Part shown: one piece after another, positions 1 to 21,161 of the stretch
Layout of the letters: every line of letters begins with the position of its first letter
Numbering within the stretch: position 1 is the stretch's first letter
Assembly: GCF_009914755.1 (NCBI RefSeq)
Contig: NC_060926.1
Length of the DNA stretch: 64,000 bases
Strand: one strand, 5' to 3'
Source of the DNA: the human T2T-CHM13v2.0 reference genome, Homo sapiens
Notes under the pieces: generated by a model
What the model was told of the DNA's origin: nothing
Database searches by the model: none
What the model saw: the letters and a program-made list of their open reading frames with translations, nothing else
Position numbers and translations under genes: made by a program

Positions 1-1011
1 ATTAGGTATTTCTCCTAATGCTATCCCTCCCCCTGCCCCCCACTCCCTGACAGGCCCCAGTGTGTGATGTTCCCTGCCCTGTGTCCAAGTGTTCTCATTG
101 TTCAATTCCCACCTATGAGTGAGAACATGCGGTGTTTGGTTTTCTGTCCTTGCAATAGTTTGCTGAGAATGACGGTTTCCAGCTTCATCCATGTCCCTGC
201 AAAGGACATGAACTCATCCTTTTTTATGGCTGCATAGTATTCCATAGTGTATATGTGCCACATTTTCTTAATCCAGCCTATCATTGATGGGCATTTGGAT
301 TGGTTCCAAGTCTTTGCTATTGTGAATAGTGCCGCAATAAACATACACGTGCATGTGTCTTTATGACAGCATGATTTATAATCCTTTGGCTATATACTCA
401 GTAATGGGATTGCTGGGTCAAATGGTATTTCTAGTTCTAGATCCTTGAGGAATGCCACACTGTCTTCCACATGGTTGAACTAGTTTACACTCCCACCAGC
501 AGTGTAAAAGCGTTCCTATTTCTCCACATCCTCTCCAGCATCTGTTCTTTCCTGACTTTTTAATGATTGCCATTCTAACTGGAGTGGGATGGTATCTCAT
601 TGTGGTTTTGATTTGCATTTCTCTGATGACCAGTGATGATGAGCATTTTTTAATGTGTCTGTTGGCTGCATAAATGTCTTCTTTGGAGAAGTGTCTGTTC
701 ATATCCTTTAGCCACTTTTTGATGGGGTTTTTTTTTCTTGCAAATCTGTTGATGTTCTTTGTAGATTCTGGATATTAGCCCTTTGTCAGATGGGTAGATT
801 GCAAAAATTTTCTCCCATTCTGTAGGTTGCCTGTTCACTCTGATGGTAGTTTCTTTTGCCGTGCAGAAGCTCTTTAGTTTAATTAGACCCCATTTGTCTA
901 TTTTGGCTTTTGTTGCCATGCTTTTGGTGTTTTAGACATGAAGTCCTTGTTCATGCCTATGTCCTGAATGGTATTGCCTAGGTTTTCTTCTAGGGTTTTT
1001 ATGGTTTTAGG
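1..1011 (-). mobile_element. 5'-truncated primate L1 (about L1PA6-7): ORF2 C-terminus plus 3'UTR, running off the window start
   Basis: ORFs 102..344, 418..702 and 650..919 are frameshifted pieces of the ORF2p C-terminus (...SLIGGN). Confidence 0.93.
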
Positions 1012-1345
1012 AATAGACCTATTTTCATATAAACTTTCATTAAAAATTTGCCATCTTCTAATAATTTGTGTGCAAAGGATTTTTCCATAACATTTACAAG
1101 TTCCCAGGATACCACAATGGAGGGTAACTGGAGACTTCTGAATATATACACGGTAGCAAGAAATCCTTGTTTTACCCTCCAATAACACCTACACAATCAG
1201 ACACTAATATTTAAGATCTATACTGTGGAGGAAACACATTCTCATTACTCAACTTTCACATTTTCACAGCAAATATGCCTCATATTTTCATGTTTTGTAT
1301 ATTATTTAGGATAACCAGATGGTTTTCTGAATCTCTACTGTATGA

Positions 1346-1479
1346 TTTTTTTTTTTAATTTTAGAAACAGGGTCTTGATATATTGCCCAGGCTGGACTTG
1401 AACTCCTGGACTGAAGTGACCCTCCAGTCTCAGCCTCCTGAGAATCTAGGATTTACAGGCATGAATCACCATGCCCAGC
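1346..1479 (-). mobile_element. Alu monomer (FLAM-like)
   Basis: T-tail followed by the reverse complement of an Alu left arm. Confidence 0.8.
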
Positions 1480-1633
1480 TCTACCTTAAGAATTTGACCT
1501 TATCAGTGATTTTAATTAAAGGAAGAAAGAAGATTCCTGGGGTACCTTTTCAGTTTTAACACATATTACTCTTCCTTCTAAGCTAATCCAATGATCTCTC
1601 TTTTTAATCTTGGCCAAGACACCCCTTGGCCAC

Positions 1634-2056
1634 TGTATTAGTCCATTCTCACACTGCTATCAAGAAATACCTAAGACTGGGTAATTTATAAAGAAAATGG
1701 CTTTAACTGGCTCGAAGTTCCACAGGCTGTAAAAGAAGCATGAGGCTGGCATCTGCTCAGCTTCTGGGGTGGCTTCAGGAACTTACAATCATGGCAGAAG
1801 GAAAAGGGGGCACCAGAACTTCATATGGCTGGAGCAGGAGAAAGAGAGAAGGGGGATAGGCTACACACCTTTAAATGACCAGCTCTCATAAGAACACCCT
1901 CACTATCACAATGACAACACCAAGGGGGATAGTGCTAAACCATTCATGAGAAACTGCTCTCATGATCCAATCGCCTCCCACCAGGCCCCACCTCCAACAC
2001 TGACCATTACAATTGAACACGAGATTTGAGTGGGGACACATATCCAAATCACATCA
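1634..2056. mobile_element. MaLR solo LTR (MSTA/MSTB-like)
   Basis: tgtattagtccattctcacactgct ... gagatttgagtggggacaca...catca; TG...CA ends, ~420 bp. Confidence 0.85.
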
Positions 2057-2067
2057 ACCATCAATAA

Positions 2068-2487
<420 letters not shown>

Positions 2488-2667
2488 TAAATTATATTAC
2501 TGTTACCCTCTGTTGGTAAGCCGTCAGGTTATTTTTTGAAAGTTTTACTTACAGAGCATATAAATTACCCTTGGTTATTCTCAGCTGTGATTGAGTTCTG
2601 TGAAAGCATAGTACCCTAGTACCCTGGGATATCTCTACATGTGAAATTATTCAAATGTCTCCCTTAC

Positions 2668-3002
<335 letters not shown>

Positions 3003-3097
3003 TAGAGCCCAACCTTCTCAAAACTGTAATTCTCTACCAAATACAGTCACTAGGAGGTACCAGCTTGGTTAAATCAGAATACATCTTCATTTACTCA

Positions 3098-3290
3098 TTC
3101 ATTTATTTTAGAGAGAGGGTCTTGTTCTGTCACCCAGGCTGGAGTGCAGTGGCACAATCATAGCTCACTGCACTCTCAAACTCCTGGGCTCAAACAATCC
3201 TCCTGCTTCAGCCTCCTGAGTAGCTAGGACTATAGGTGCTACAGGTGCACAACACACACCCAGCTTATTTTTTAATTTTTATTTTTTGCT
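3098..3290 (-). mobile_element. Alu right-arm fragment (AluJ/FRAM)
   Basis: ctgtcacccaggctggagtgcagtggcacaatcatagctcactgc. Confidence 0.82.
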
Positions 3291-3442
3291 CTCCACATGT
3301 GCCTTCTGAATCACTTAATAGTAACTTTGTTGAAGAGATAAATTAACAGTACTAGCTTAGAGTCCCAGCTGTATCTCACTTATAAATAAGGGTCTGCTTT
3401 ATCTTATTGTCACCACTGAGATGCTAATACTATTCTCTAGGG

Positions 3443-3649
3443 CAGAGATTCTCAACCAGGGCATTGTAACCCCTAGGGGACATTTGGCAGTGTCTGGAGT
3501 AAAAACGTTAAGTGGGGTGCTGGTTGTTAGTAGCACCTAGTGGGTAGAGGCCAGCATGTTATTAAGCCTCCTATAATGCCAAGATAGCCCCCCACAACAA
3601 AGAATTATCCTGTTCAAGATGTTAATAGTACCAAGGTTGAGAAATCCTG
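3443..3649. mobile_element. MER20 (hAT-Charlie DNA element)
   Basis: TIR-like ends cagagattctcaacc / ggttgagaaatcctg; internal cccacaacaaagaattatcc. Confidence 0.85.
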
Positions 3650-4573
3650 CTTTAAGGAAATAAAAGTAGATTGAAAAATTATTCCCGTTTAAACTTCGGG
3701 GTTACCATCCGGGCAGTGCAGAGCTCTGACTTTGAGCTTCATAATAGGAAGATAAGTTGCCAAGCAGAAGCCCTGTGATGGGAGTACCCCAATATATTCT
3801 CATAAAGGAATTTAGTCAACATGGACCCACTGGTGTGTAGACCAGGTTCCAGGGAATAGTGTAACCATCAACTTGATAGTGTTCATAGCTAGTGAGAAAC
3901 CCATCCTTCACGTTTAATTTGACTGCATAGAAAATTTGTGAGTTGAATGGAGAATAAAATAGACAACAGATGTTAACCAAACCATCTAAATAACTTTACG
4001 AATAGCCTTTCTTGATCGATTTTTAAAATCTCTTCTTGTTGGGGAAGTGTTGGGCTTGGAGGATGAAGTGCAATAAATACCTTCCGTGTTGTGACATATA
4101 AGAAAACCTCTAGCCATTTTTAGATTTTAATCATCTTACCCACATTACAGATGTAGGCTGTTTGGCAGAGGCTCAGAGGAAAGAGTGTTATCAGTCCTCA
4201 GCCATCTAATTACTTACCTTAGAGAAAATTAGGCAATGTTCCAAGTCTACAGAAGACTCATGTTCTGTTGGGAGTTACTAATTACAAGCAGACCTAAGAA
4301 GCATTAATTTGTTTTGGTAATCATGCCAGGGTGTATATAGCTCTGCCAAATAATACGGGAAGTAAAGACTGGGGAGAAGGTGAGCTGCTCGCCTCAGCTG
4401 GTAAAAGAGGGATTAAAACCAGATGGCCTCAATTCGTCTCTTTTAGCCAAGCTCTAAACAAAATATTCCTTGTGCTGAAGTTTAAATTAAATTGATGCCT
4501 GACTGCCCCACTCCTAATAATCTAAAATAATTCTGTCTTTTAAAAATAATTTCCTGTTTTGCTGTTTTTTTTA

Positions 4574-4901
<328 letters not shown>

Positions 4902-5165
4902 TTAAAAGTTACTCTGACACACACCCACACCCACATCCATTTGCGTACACAAGAAAAAAGACTGGGAGAAAATAAACCAGAATGTAAACAGTAGTTATGT
5001 CTGGATGGTGGGATCATAGGGGATTTCTATTTTCTTTTTATATTTCTATGATGTTTCCACAATTTTTACAATTAAGCACAGATAATTTTTATAATCAGAA
5101 AACAACCTGAAATAGGGCAGTTATTTATACCCATTCTGTCTTTCTATCCCATTCTCTAATTATAA

Positions 5166-5494
<329 letters not shown>

Positions 5495-6519
5495 TAAATA
5501 TTGATATGGCTATTTATGCTGGAAAAGGTAAATAACCAGCCATAATACTAATCAAATCAAAATCTCACCCATTATTACCTACTTATATAATTGGCTGTGT
5601 TGCATGTTGCTAATGGGTAACATGTTAACCTTTTATTCAAGAACTAATTTATCAAAGGACTTCTCACATTGTATCTCTAAGGATAAGTACACATATTCTT
5701 ATATTCTGGCAAGGTACAGTTCAAAGAAAAAGACAAAGGAGGAGAATAGATATCAGGTCACAACCTGGCCGGTTATAGGACATATTGAAGATACAAGGCT
5801 CAAACCTTGAAAAATATCTGAAATATAATTACATTTATGCTCAATGTCTAAACTTATATGTAATGTAAACACTTAATGAAATTCTTAGGTTGGTAATATA
5901 GAATACTTGATGTTGGCCCATGTGAAGCACAAATATTTCTATAGTATGTGAAATAACATAAGCTTACCTAAATTTATGATCAACAAAGAACTGAGAGAAA
6001 CGGTTTGTTTTGCTATAATACTAAGAAAACTCAAGCAACTGAACTTATGCATATGAAAGCAGGAGTTGATAACTCAACTTCCAAGAAAAAAAAATCATCA
6101 ACTATTTTAGGTTCAAAGGCAGAGCCATACCATACATTTACAGATGTCACAATTGAAAGGAAACATGTCCCCTTAAAATTAAAGTCTATATAGTTAAACA
6201 AAAGACAATAAAGTGCCTGTAGAAGCACAAAATAAAGAAATTCCCTGTACATACCACTCAGCTAGTGAGGCTGTCTTGATATTAGCCAGTAAGTGAGAAA
6301 TAACTTATGCTCACAGTGATCCTGGTAGCAGGTAAGTGATCTCGTCCACTAGCTATTTCCAGTTCCAACTTGTTAACCACTGGGGAATTCCTGTTTGATT
6401 TATGACACTTTTCTGATGAGTATAAGGCCATGAGAATATTTGCAGGGTTCTTTTAGAATAATAATCCTAGTAACTCTTTGGCTAAAGCACCATTTGCAGA
6501 CTAGTTTCTGTATGGATGC

Positions 6520-6852
6520 CATGGTAGTGAATGTTTAGAGGCCATAGAATATGGGAGAGATATGGTCCCAGGTGGCATTAGCCCAAGGTAAATTGAGGAA
6601 AAGAGGCAGTTATTTGGACCAATAGGCTCTCATCCATTCCATGCTCTTACACTGGCCTGTAGCTGCTCAAATCTCCCTCACAGAGCAAAACTTACCTGTT
6701 CTATTTCTCATTCTCTAAAGCCCTTTGCTCTCCCTGAGCTGAGACCTGTGATGGATTTCTAACCTATAACACTGTAAGATAATGAATTTGTGTTCTTTTA
6801 ACCTGCTCAATTTATGGCAATTTATTATGGCAGCAATGGAACACTAACACAC
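6520..6852 (+). mobile_element. MLT1-type MaLR LTR remnant
   Basis: 3' end ...actgtaagataatgaatttgtgttctttta...tttattatggcagcaatggaacactaacaca; 5' boundary uncertain. Confidence 0.65.
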
Positions 6853-9110
6853 ACATTGTAGTTCTAATTTGCATTTCCTTGATGACTATTAAAGCTGAAT
6901 ACTTTTTTCACATGTTTATAAATACTTGGACATCCTCTTGTGAAGTGCCTGTTCAAGTTTTTTGCCCATTTTTCTATTGGGTTATCTATTTTTTTCTTAT
7001 TGGCTTTTAAGGTTTCTTTATATGTTCTGTAGGAGTTCTTCATATATTCTGGATACAAGACCTTTTTCATATATATGTATTGCACTCTGAAGCTTGCCTT
7101 TGTTCTCTCTTAATGGTGCCTTTTAATGGACAAAGCTTTTAATGTTAATAGAGTCCAATATATCCAGTTATTCCTTTTGGTTCATTAATTTTGCATCTTA
7201 TTAAAAAATCTTTTTCTGTGAGTCATGAAGATGTTCTCTTACGCTTACTTCTAAAAACATTATTGTTGTACCTTTCACGTATAGATCTGCAATCCATCTT
7301 GAATTCAGTTTTGTATATGGTAAAAGAATATTCATTTTCCTCCATATACATATTTATTAACCTAGCACTATTTGGTGAAAAGATAATTTTCTCTACTGAA
7401 CTACTATGCACCTTTATCATTAATCAGGATACCACATATGTGTGGATCCATTTTTCAACTCCCTATTCTGTTCTTTTGATTAGTTCATCTATGTTTGCCC
7501 TAATACCATACTGTTTTTCTCAACTCTTTATTCTGTTCTTTTGATGAGTTCATCTATCTTTGCTCTAATACCATACTGTTTTCATTACTATAGCTTTTTT
7601 GTTGTTGGGACAGGGTCTTGCTATGTCACCAGGCTGGAGTACAGGAGTGCTATCATAGCTCACTGTAACCTCTAACTCCTGGGCTCAAGTGATCCTCTCA
7701 CCTCAGCTCCAGAGTAAGTAGGACTACAGATGTGCCACCATGCCTGGCTAATTTTAAATTCTTTTCTAGAGACAGGGTCTCACTGTATTGCCCAGGCTGG
7801 CCTCAATTGATACTCCTGCCTCAGCCTCCCAAAGTGCTGGGACATTACTATAGTTTTGTAACAGATTTTTTATATCTGGAAGTCTAAGTCCCCAGGTTGT
7901 TCTTTTTCAAGATTGCCTCATATATTCTTTACCCTTTGCATGTCTGTATAAAATTTAAAATCAGCTTTTCAATTTACACACAAAAAAAAAACCCTGCTGG
8001 GATTTTGATGAATCTGTAAATGAGTTTCGGAAGAGTTGTTATTTTCACAATCTTTCAATTTATAGAAATAATTATGTTTTTCTACGTATTGAAACAGAGT
8101 TACTTTTTCTCCATAATGTATTATAGTTTTATGGTAAGGGCATTTAATACTTTTTATGCTGTTGAAAATTGTAATTTTTTGTAAGTGATATCTTTTTAAA
8201 ATTTCATTTTCTATTTGATGTTGCTGGGATGTAGAAAATTGATTTTTAGAATATTAACCTTGTATATGCAAAGGGCAAAGTCATTTATTTAGGACATCTT
8301 TAATTTTTCTCAATAATGTTTTATAGTTTTAATGGAAATAACATTTTATATAATATTTTAGATGCTAGTAAAAATGATAATATTTTGTAAATGGTATTTT
8401 AAAAATTTTTAGTTAAATTTGTTTTTCTTGCTGGTATATAAAATATAGTTGCCTTTTGTATAATGACCTTATACCCTTATCAATCCATCTTGAATTGAGT
8501 TTTGTGTAAGATATGAAGTAGAAGGAAAGATTTATTTCTCCTATATGCATATTAAATTAACCTACCACCTATCTTAACATCTGTAACTTAATTACATCTG
8601 CAAAATCTCTTCTGCCATGTAAGGTAACATATTCACAGGTTCTAGAGTGTGGACATTATTGGCGGGCCATTCTGTCCACCACACTTTTATTTTTGTCTTC
8701 CTCTATTGCACCAGCTAGGACTCTCAGTCCAATACTGAAGAGAAAGGAAGATGGCAGGCATATTTGTCTTGTTCCTACTATAAGGAAAAAAAGCTTTTAA
8801 TATTTTACCATTTAGTATAATGTTTGCCACAGATATTTTGCAGATGTTCTTTATCAGATTAATGATGTTCCTTTCTACTCCTAGTTAGCTAAGAATTTAT
8901 CACAAATAGGTATTGAGCTTTACTAAATACTTGCATTGATTGAAATGTTTATCTGATCTTTTTCTATTAATATGGTAAAATACCTTAATTTTCTAATACT
9001 GAGCTACCCTTGCATTCCCACTTAGCTGTTACGTATTATCTTTTTGAAGATATATTGTTGCACTTAATTTGCCAATATTTGGTTTAGAATTGTCAGTACT
9101 TTTTCATGGA
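6853..9110 (-). mobile_element. Old L1M ORF2 fragments, interrupted by an AluJ (7594-7843) and an MLT1 piece (~8570-8683)
   Basis: ORF 6864..7085 resembles ORF2p (NPIEKWAKNLNRHF); typical L1M antisense sequence. Confidence 0.8.
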
Positions 9111-9289
9111 AGTTTTCAGTCTAAAATACATACTTTTTTTTGCTTCTACCTTGGGGAATATAAGCACTGTTTTTGAATTTTTTTTAAAATTAAGAGATCT
9201 TTATTCTCCAGAACGTTATAATCTTCTGAAACTTGTCCATATTGATCCAACCATATAACAGCTCTTTTTGCTTCTACCTAAAATTTTCT

Positions 9290-9598
9290 GACCAGGTATG
9301 GTGGCTCTTATCTGTAATCTCAGCACTTTGGGAAGCCAAGGCCAGGAGTTTGAGACAAGCCTGGGCAATACAGCAAGATCCTGTCACTACACAAAATTTT
9401 TAAAAGTTAGCCAGGCATGGCGGCACATGCCTGTAATCCCAGATACTCTGGAGGCTGAGGTGGGAGGATCGCTTGAATCCAGGGTTCAAAGGCTGCAGTG
9501 AGCTATGATTGCTCTACTGCACTCTAGCCTGGGTGATAGAGTCAAACTCTGTCTCAAAAATCATAAAAAATAAAAATTAAGAAATTAAAAATAAAATA
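9290..9598 (+). mobile_element. AluJ with internal deletion
   Basis: ggtgggaggatcgcttga...ggctgcagtgagctatgat, followed by an A-rich tail. Confidence 0.88.
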
Positions 9599-12009
9599 AT
9601 TTTTTGATGATTTCTTTGTCTGAATAATGGAAATATGTCTAGGGGTTGGCAGTCTTATAGAACACACACATTTCCAACAGAATAATCCATTTTCATTTAT
9701 TTCCTGCATTTCTGCCAGCTCACAGTATATGCTAAATCTGTCAAGATAGGGCTGGATCTATTTTATAGTAAGCAATACCCGGTATACTGTATGTTCTTAA
9801 TAAATACACAATAACATTAAAAATGAAACCACCAGATGGTGCCACTGTAGGTAATAGTCAGCTTGTTAATTCCAACAGTAAAGAATGTTTTCTTTTAAGC
9901 ACTATGTGAAAAAAATTTATTGAGATTGCCATTACTGCACATACTAATAATCATCTACTGCTTCACTCCATGCCTGACACCGCAGGTCCCCAAAGTCACC
10001 AAATGTTCAAATCAATATTGCTTGAAGTTAGAAAAGCACTGGAGTTGAATTGGAGGATTCACAGAGGTGTTCTCCCCGCATTTAGGCTGTGAATCTTTTT
10101 TTTTTTTTTTTTAGCAGTGACTTGTTACTGCTCTGTGTTCCACGAATTAAAGCCTTTTTAAATAGAGAAGGGACGTTATACAAGATGAGGAAAAAATAAT
10201 AGATAAGTTTAAGAAGATCAGAAACTTATAGTTGATGTCAGCTGTCCTAATTTTTCACCTTCCAGAGCATTATGAGTTCACTGAAACAATGTGAATGGTA
10301 TCTATAAGAGCTTTGACTATTAGAGTCTTGATATAAGTCTGAGGCCTAATCACTACTACAAGTCTGTATCTAAGATAAAAAGGAAGCAGGTCTCCTGCAT
10401 TTCATTCTATTTAAAATGCATTTAGTCTCCTGCCCATTATCCACATTTGTTAATAACAGTTCTCATCTGAGGGCTAACTCAGTTGAAGTCCTGCACTGCA
10501 AAATACTTGACTGCATTATGTGACAGGCACATTGGAATGGTGACAAGCAGCCAACCCTATAAAATACTCCAGAATGATGGGTGTTACATCTGATCAATTC
10601 CACTTGCTAAGCATATACAGTTCTTGCACATTATCAGGAAAAACTATAATACTGGCCTCACGTTTCCATGGTGACTTGTGAGAGCTATTCTTAAATTTAA
10701 GAGTTACCTCTTTTAATCAACAATAATTTTCACTAGATGATATTCCCAGGCTACCCTGAATTATATTATCATGGCGGTAATTTACTTTCTGTCTCAGCTC
10801 AAGGTAAAATTTATTTGCCTAGGGCCAGAGAGAGTAGAGGGGTAGGGGTGGGTTGGAAGGGCATGTAGCAGCTGAGGGACATGGGAATGATAAAAATTGC
10901 TTAAAAAGGAAACAAAGCAGGTAACAGATTTGAATACAAAAAAGTATTAACTTTTCAATAATTTTAAAAAATTTGCAATGGAAAAAGTACATTTTTCTTA
11001 CCTGCTCTTTGTCCTCACAAAAGCTGTACAAATCAACATAAATATGCTTTGGGACAGCATTTTTAATGTTAAATTACAGCATAAATTTCTCACTTTAAGC
11101 ATCAATTAACATTTTAGTGATTCTAGCCCAGTCAATAAAATATACAACTTTAAAGAAAATTCCTTCTGATCCAATGACAGCTAATCTTGTTGGGATTCTG
11201 AAACACTAGCTAAAGACCACAAAGACTACTTCTGGCTAGTGGACATTAAAAGAAGCAGCACAGATTCAAGTAAGTAGGTAAAGAAAGCTGTTATTATTTT
11301 AAGCAAAATTAAAACAGATGGGAGAGACAGACACACATGTATTCAGATATGCGCCTGCCTCACATTTAATCTTTTATGAATGGCTGCTCCCAGATGGTGA
11401 TGTGATTCAGCAATGCAATTTTAGATACACCATCTATTTTCCTTACTTCAATGTACTGTGTCAATTACAACTTTTCCACTTAGTGGCTGATGCAACTATC
11501 ATCAAAAGAAAAATAAACCATCATGAAAACAGGTTCTCTGATATTTTGAAAACAAGGTGATATTCAACTTGTCAAACCAAGTCCAGACATTTCTCTACAC
11601 TCTCCATCCTTCAATTCGTTACAGGTTTGGTACTTCTATTCCACATTCACACAAATGGTGAGGTAATGAAACAAGAGACCAACATAACAAACACATTATG
11701 CTGATGAGTGTTTGTGAATCTCTCACTAACTGACCCCAGAATGGGACATGCTGTCCCCTAAAGTCTCACAGCGTGTCACCTGTACCTCTTCTAGGACATC
11801 ATGTTTTATCTTGGATAATGATAAGAATAATAGAAATACAGAATTCTAACAGAGCAACTACTGTATCTTGTCATAGTTATTAACATGCCAACTCCCACTG
11901 AGATAGTAAGCTCCCAGATATAGCAGCTTCTTCATCTTTTTAGATCTGGCACATAGCAGTATCCAGCAGATAGAGAAATCAATTAAGATACATTAAATGA
12001 ATACATAAT

Positions 12010-12965
12010 AACAGTTGCCACTTGTACCTATCATATGCCAGGCACTGTGCTAGATACTTTACTTACATTCCTTTCCTTCCCAGTTTTATTGAGGAGTAAC
12101 TGACAAGAAAAAATTGCATGTATTTAAGGTGTACAATGTGAGGCTTTGATATATGTGTACATTGTGAAATGATTACCACAAACAAACTAATTAATATCCT
12201 AATATCCGTCACCTCAGATAGTTACCTTGTGTGTGTGCGGTGAGAACACTTTCTACTCTCAGCAAATTTCAAGAATACAATGCAGTATTATTAACTATAG
12301 TCCTCATGCTGTACGTTAGATCTTCAGAACTTATTCATTCTGCAAACGGAAACTTCATATTCTTTGACCAACATCTCCCCATTTCCCCCTAGACCTCAGC
12401 TCCTGGCAACCCCCATTCTACTCTCTGTTTTTATGAGTTCAACTTTTTTAGATTCCACAGGTAAAGTCAGTTCATGCAGTATTTGTCTGACTGGCTTATT
12501 TCACTTAGTGTAACGTCTTCCAGGTCGTACATGTTGTTATAAATGGCAGGATTCCCTTCTGTTTTAAAGCTGAATGACTTCCCAGTCTCTGTGTGTCTCT
12601 GTGTGTGTACCGCAGTATCCATCTATCAATGAACACTTAGGTTGCTTCTATAGCTTGGCTATTGTGAATAGTGCTGCAGTGAACATGAGAGTGTAGATAC
12701 GTCTTTGAGATACTGATTTCATTTCCTTTAGATATATATCTGGAAGATATGTATCTGGACTATATGGTAGTCCTATTTTTAATTTTTTAGGATTTACTTA
12801 CATTCTTCCACTAATGCTATAAACAACCTAACCCCCGTTTGACAGATTAGACAAGCTATGAAGGCTCATGGAAGTGAAGTAAAATGCTTACAGATCTTGT
12901 AGCTAGGTAATTGTGGGGCTGGCATTCCAAACCAGACCTGTATAATGTGGAAGTCTTTGAGCTTT
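12010..12965 (-). mobile_element. MIR split by an L1MA-type 3' end (~12080-12795)
   Basis: tatgccaggcactgtgctag ... L1MA 3'UTR (tttattgagg...ttaactatagtcctcatgctgtac) ... MIR resumes. Confidence 0.75.
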
Positions 12966-13409
12966 CAAGCATATCACACAGCCCCTCCTCTGGCCGAACT
13001 CCCATAAGCTCAGGTCTGAGTTGTCGGGTGGGGACTGCAGGAGGTGGTAGAGTGCAGACCCCATACCCGGGCAGTGACACTGGCAGCCCCTGCACTGTCA
13101 TGAGTGGGCAGCGATTGGAGCAGTGTCTTTACTGGACACCTGTGACCAAACAGCCTTTGGGGTGTAAACAGTAATGGAAGATACCACTACAGAAAGTAAA
13201 AACAGGAGAAGAAGAAAATAGTGGGTGTCCTGTGTTCACCATGAGAAGTGCGTAGAGCTCATGGGAAACATGCTGAAAGCCCTTCCGAAGGAATTGGAGC
13301 AGAGCCAGAGCTCCTGCAGAATATGGAGGCAGGGCCAAAGAAATAACTGGGGAGTAGTTATTATAATCCTGTTATTGCCCTATGGAGAACTAGGAAATGT
13401 GGGTGATAA

Positions 13410-13781
<372 letters not shown>

Positions 13782-14186
13782 ATGCCTAATATTATTTCTG
13801 TGTCAGCCATGGTTCCTAGCACATTTCCCTATAATCCACTCTGTAACTTCAGAAAGCAGCCATCCTAAATTAGGTAGCTAATGTAAGAGAAGCCACACCT
13901 TGGAAGTTGTCCTAATGGTCTGCCAGGTCAGTTTTAATGGAGCCTAGGAAAAACAGCACCAGTGGTTAGGGTTTCTCTAGCCCTATCCAGAGGACAGGAC
14001 TCCTGGATGGGTCACCAAAGGTATTCTGATTGGTATGGCACTGGGTATTGAATAAGAGAGGATACATGAGGTTATCAGAGCTTAAGCGCATTGATTTTTA
14101 CTCAATTTCTTTGATTTTAATTCTATACTCAGGAAGACAACATCCGATCTTTATTCAGTTTATAAAATTGGATACCCTACTTAGAA

Positions 14187-21161
<6,975 letters not shown>

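Noticed and set aside
898-1196. ORFs crossing the L1 5' junction as a novel gene
   Set aside because: Chance fusion of flanking sequence with an L1 ORF2 fragment; no splice or other support.
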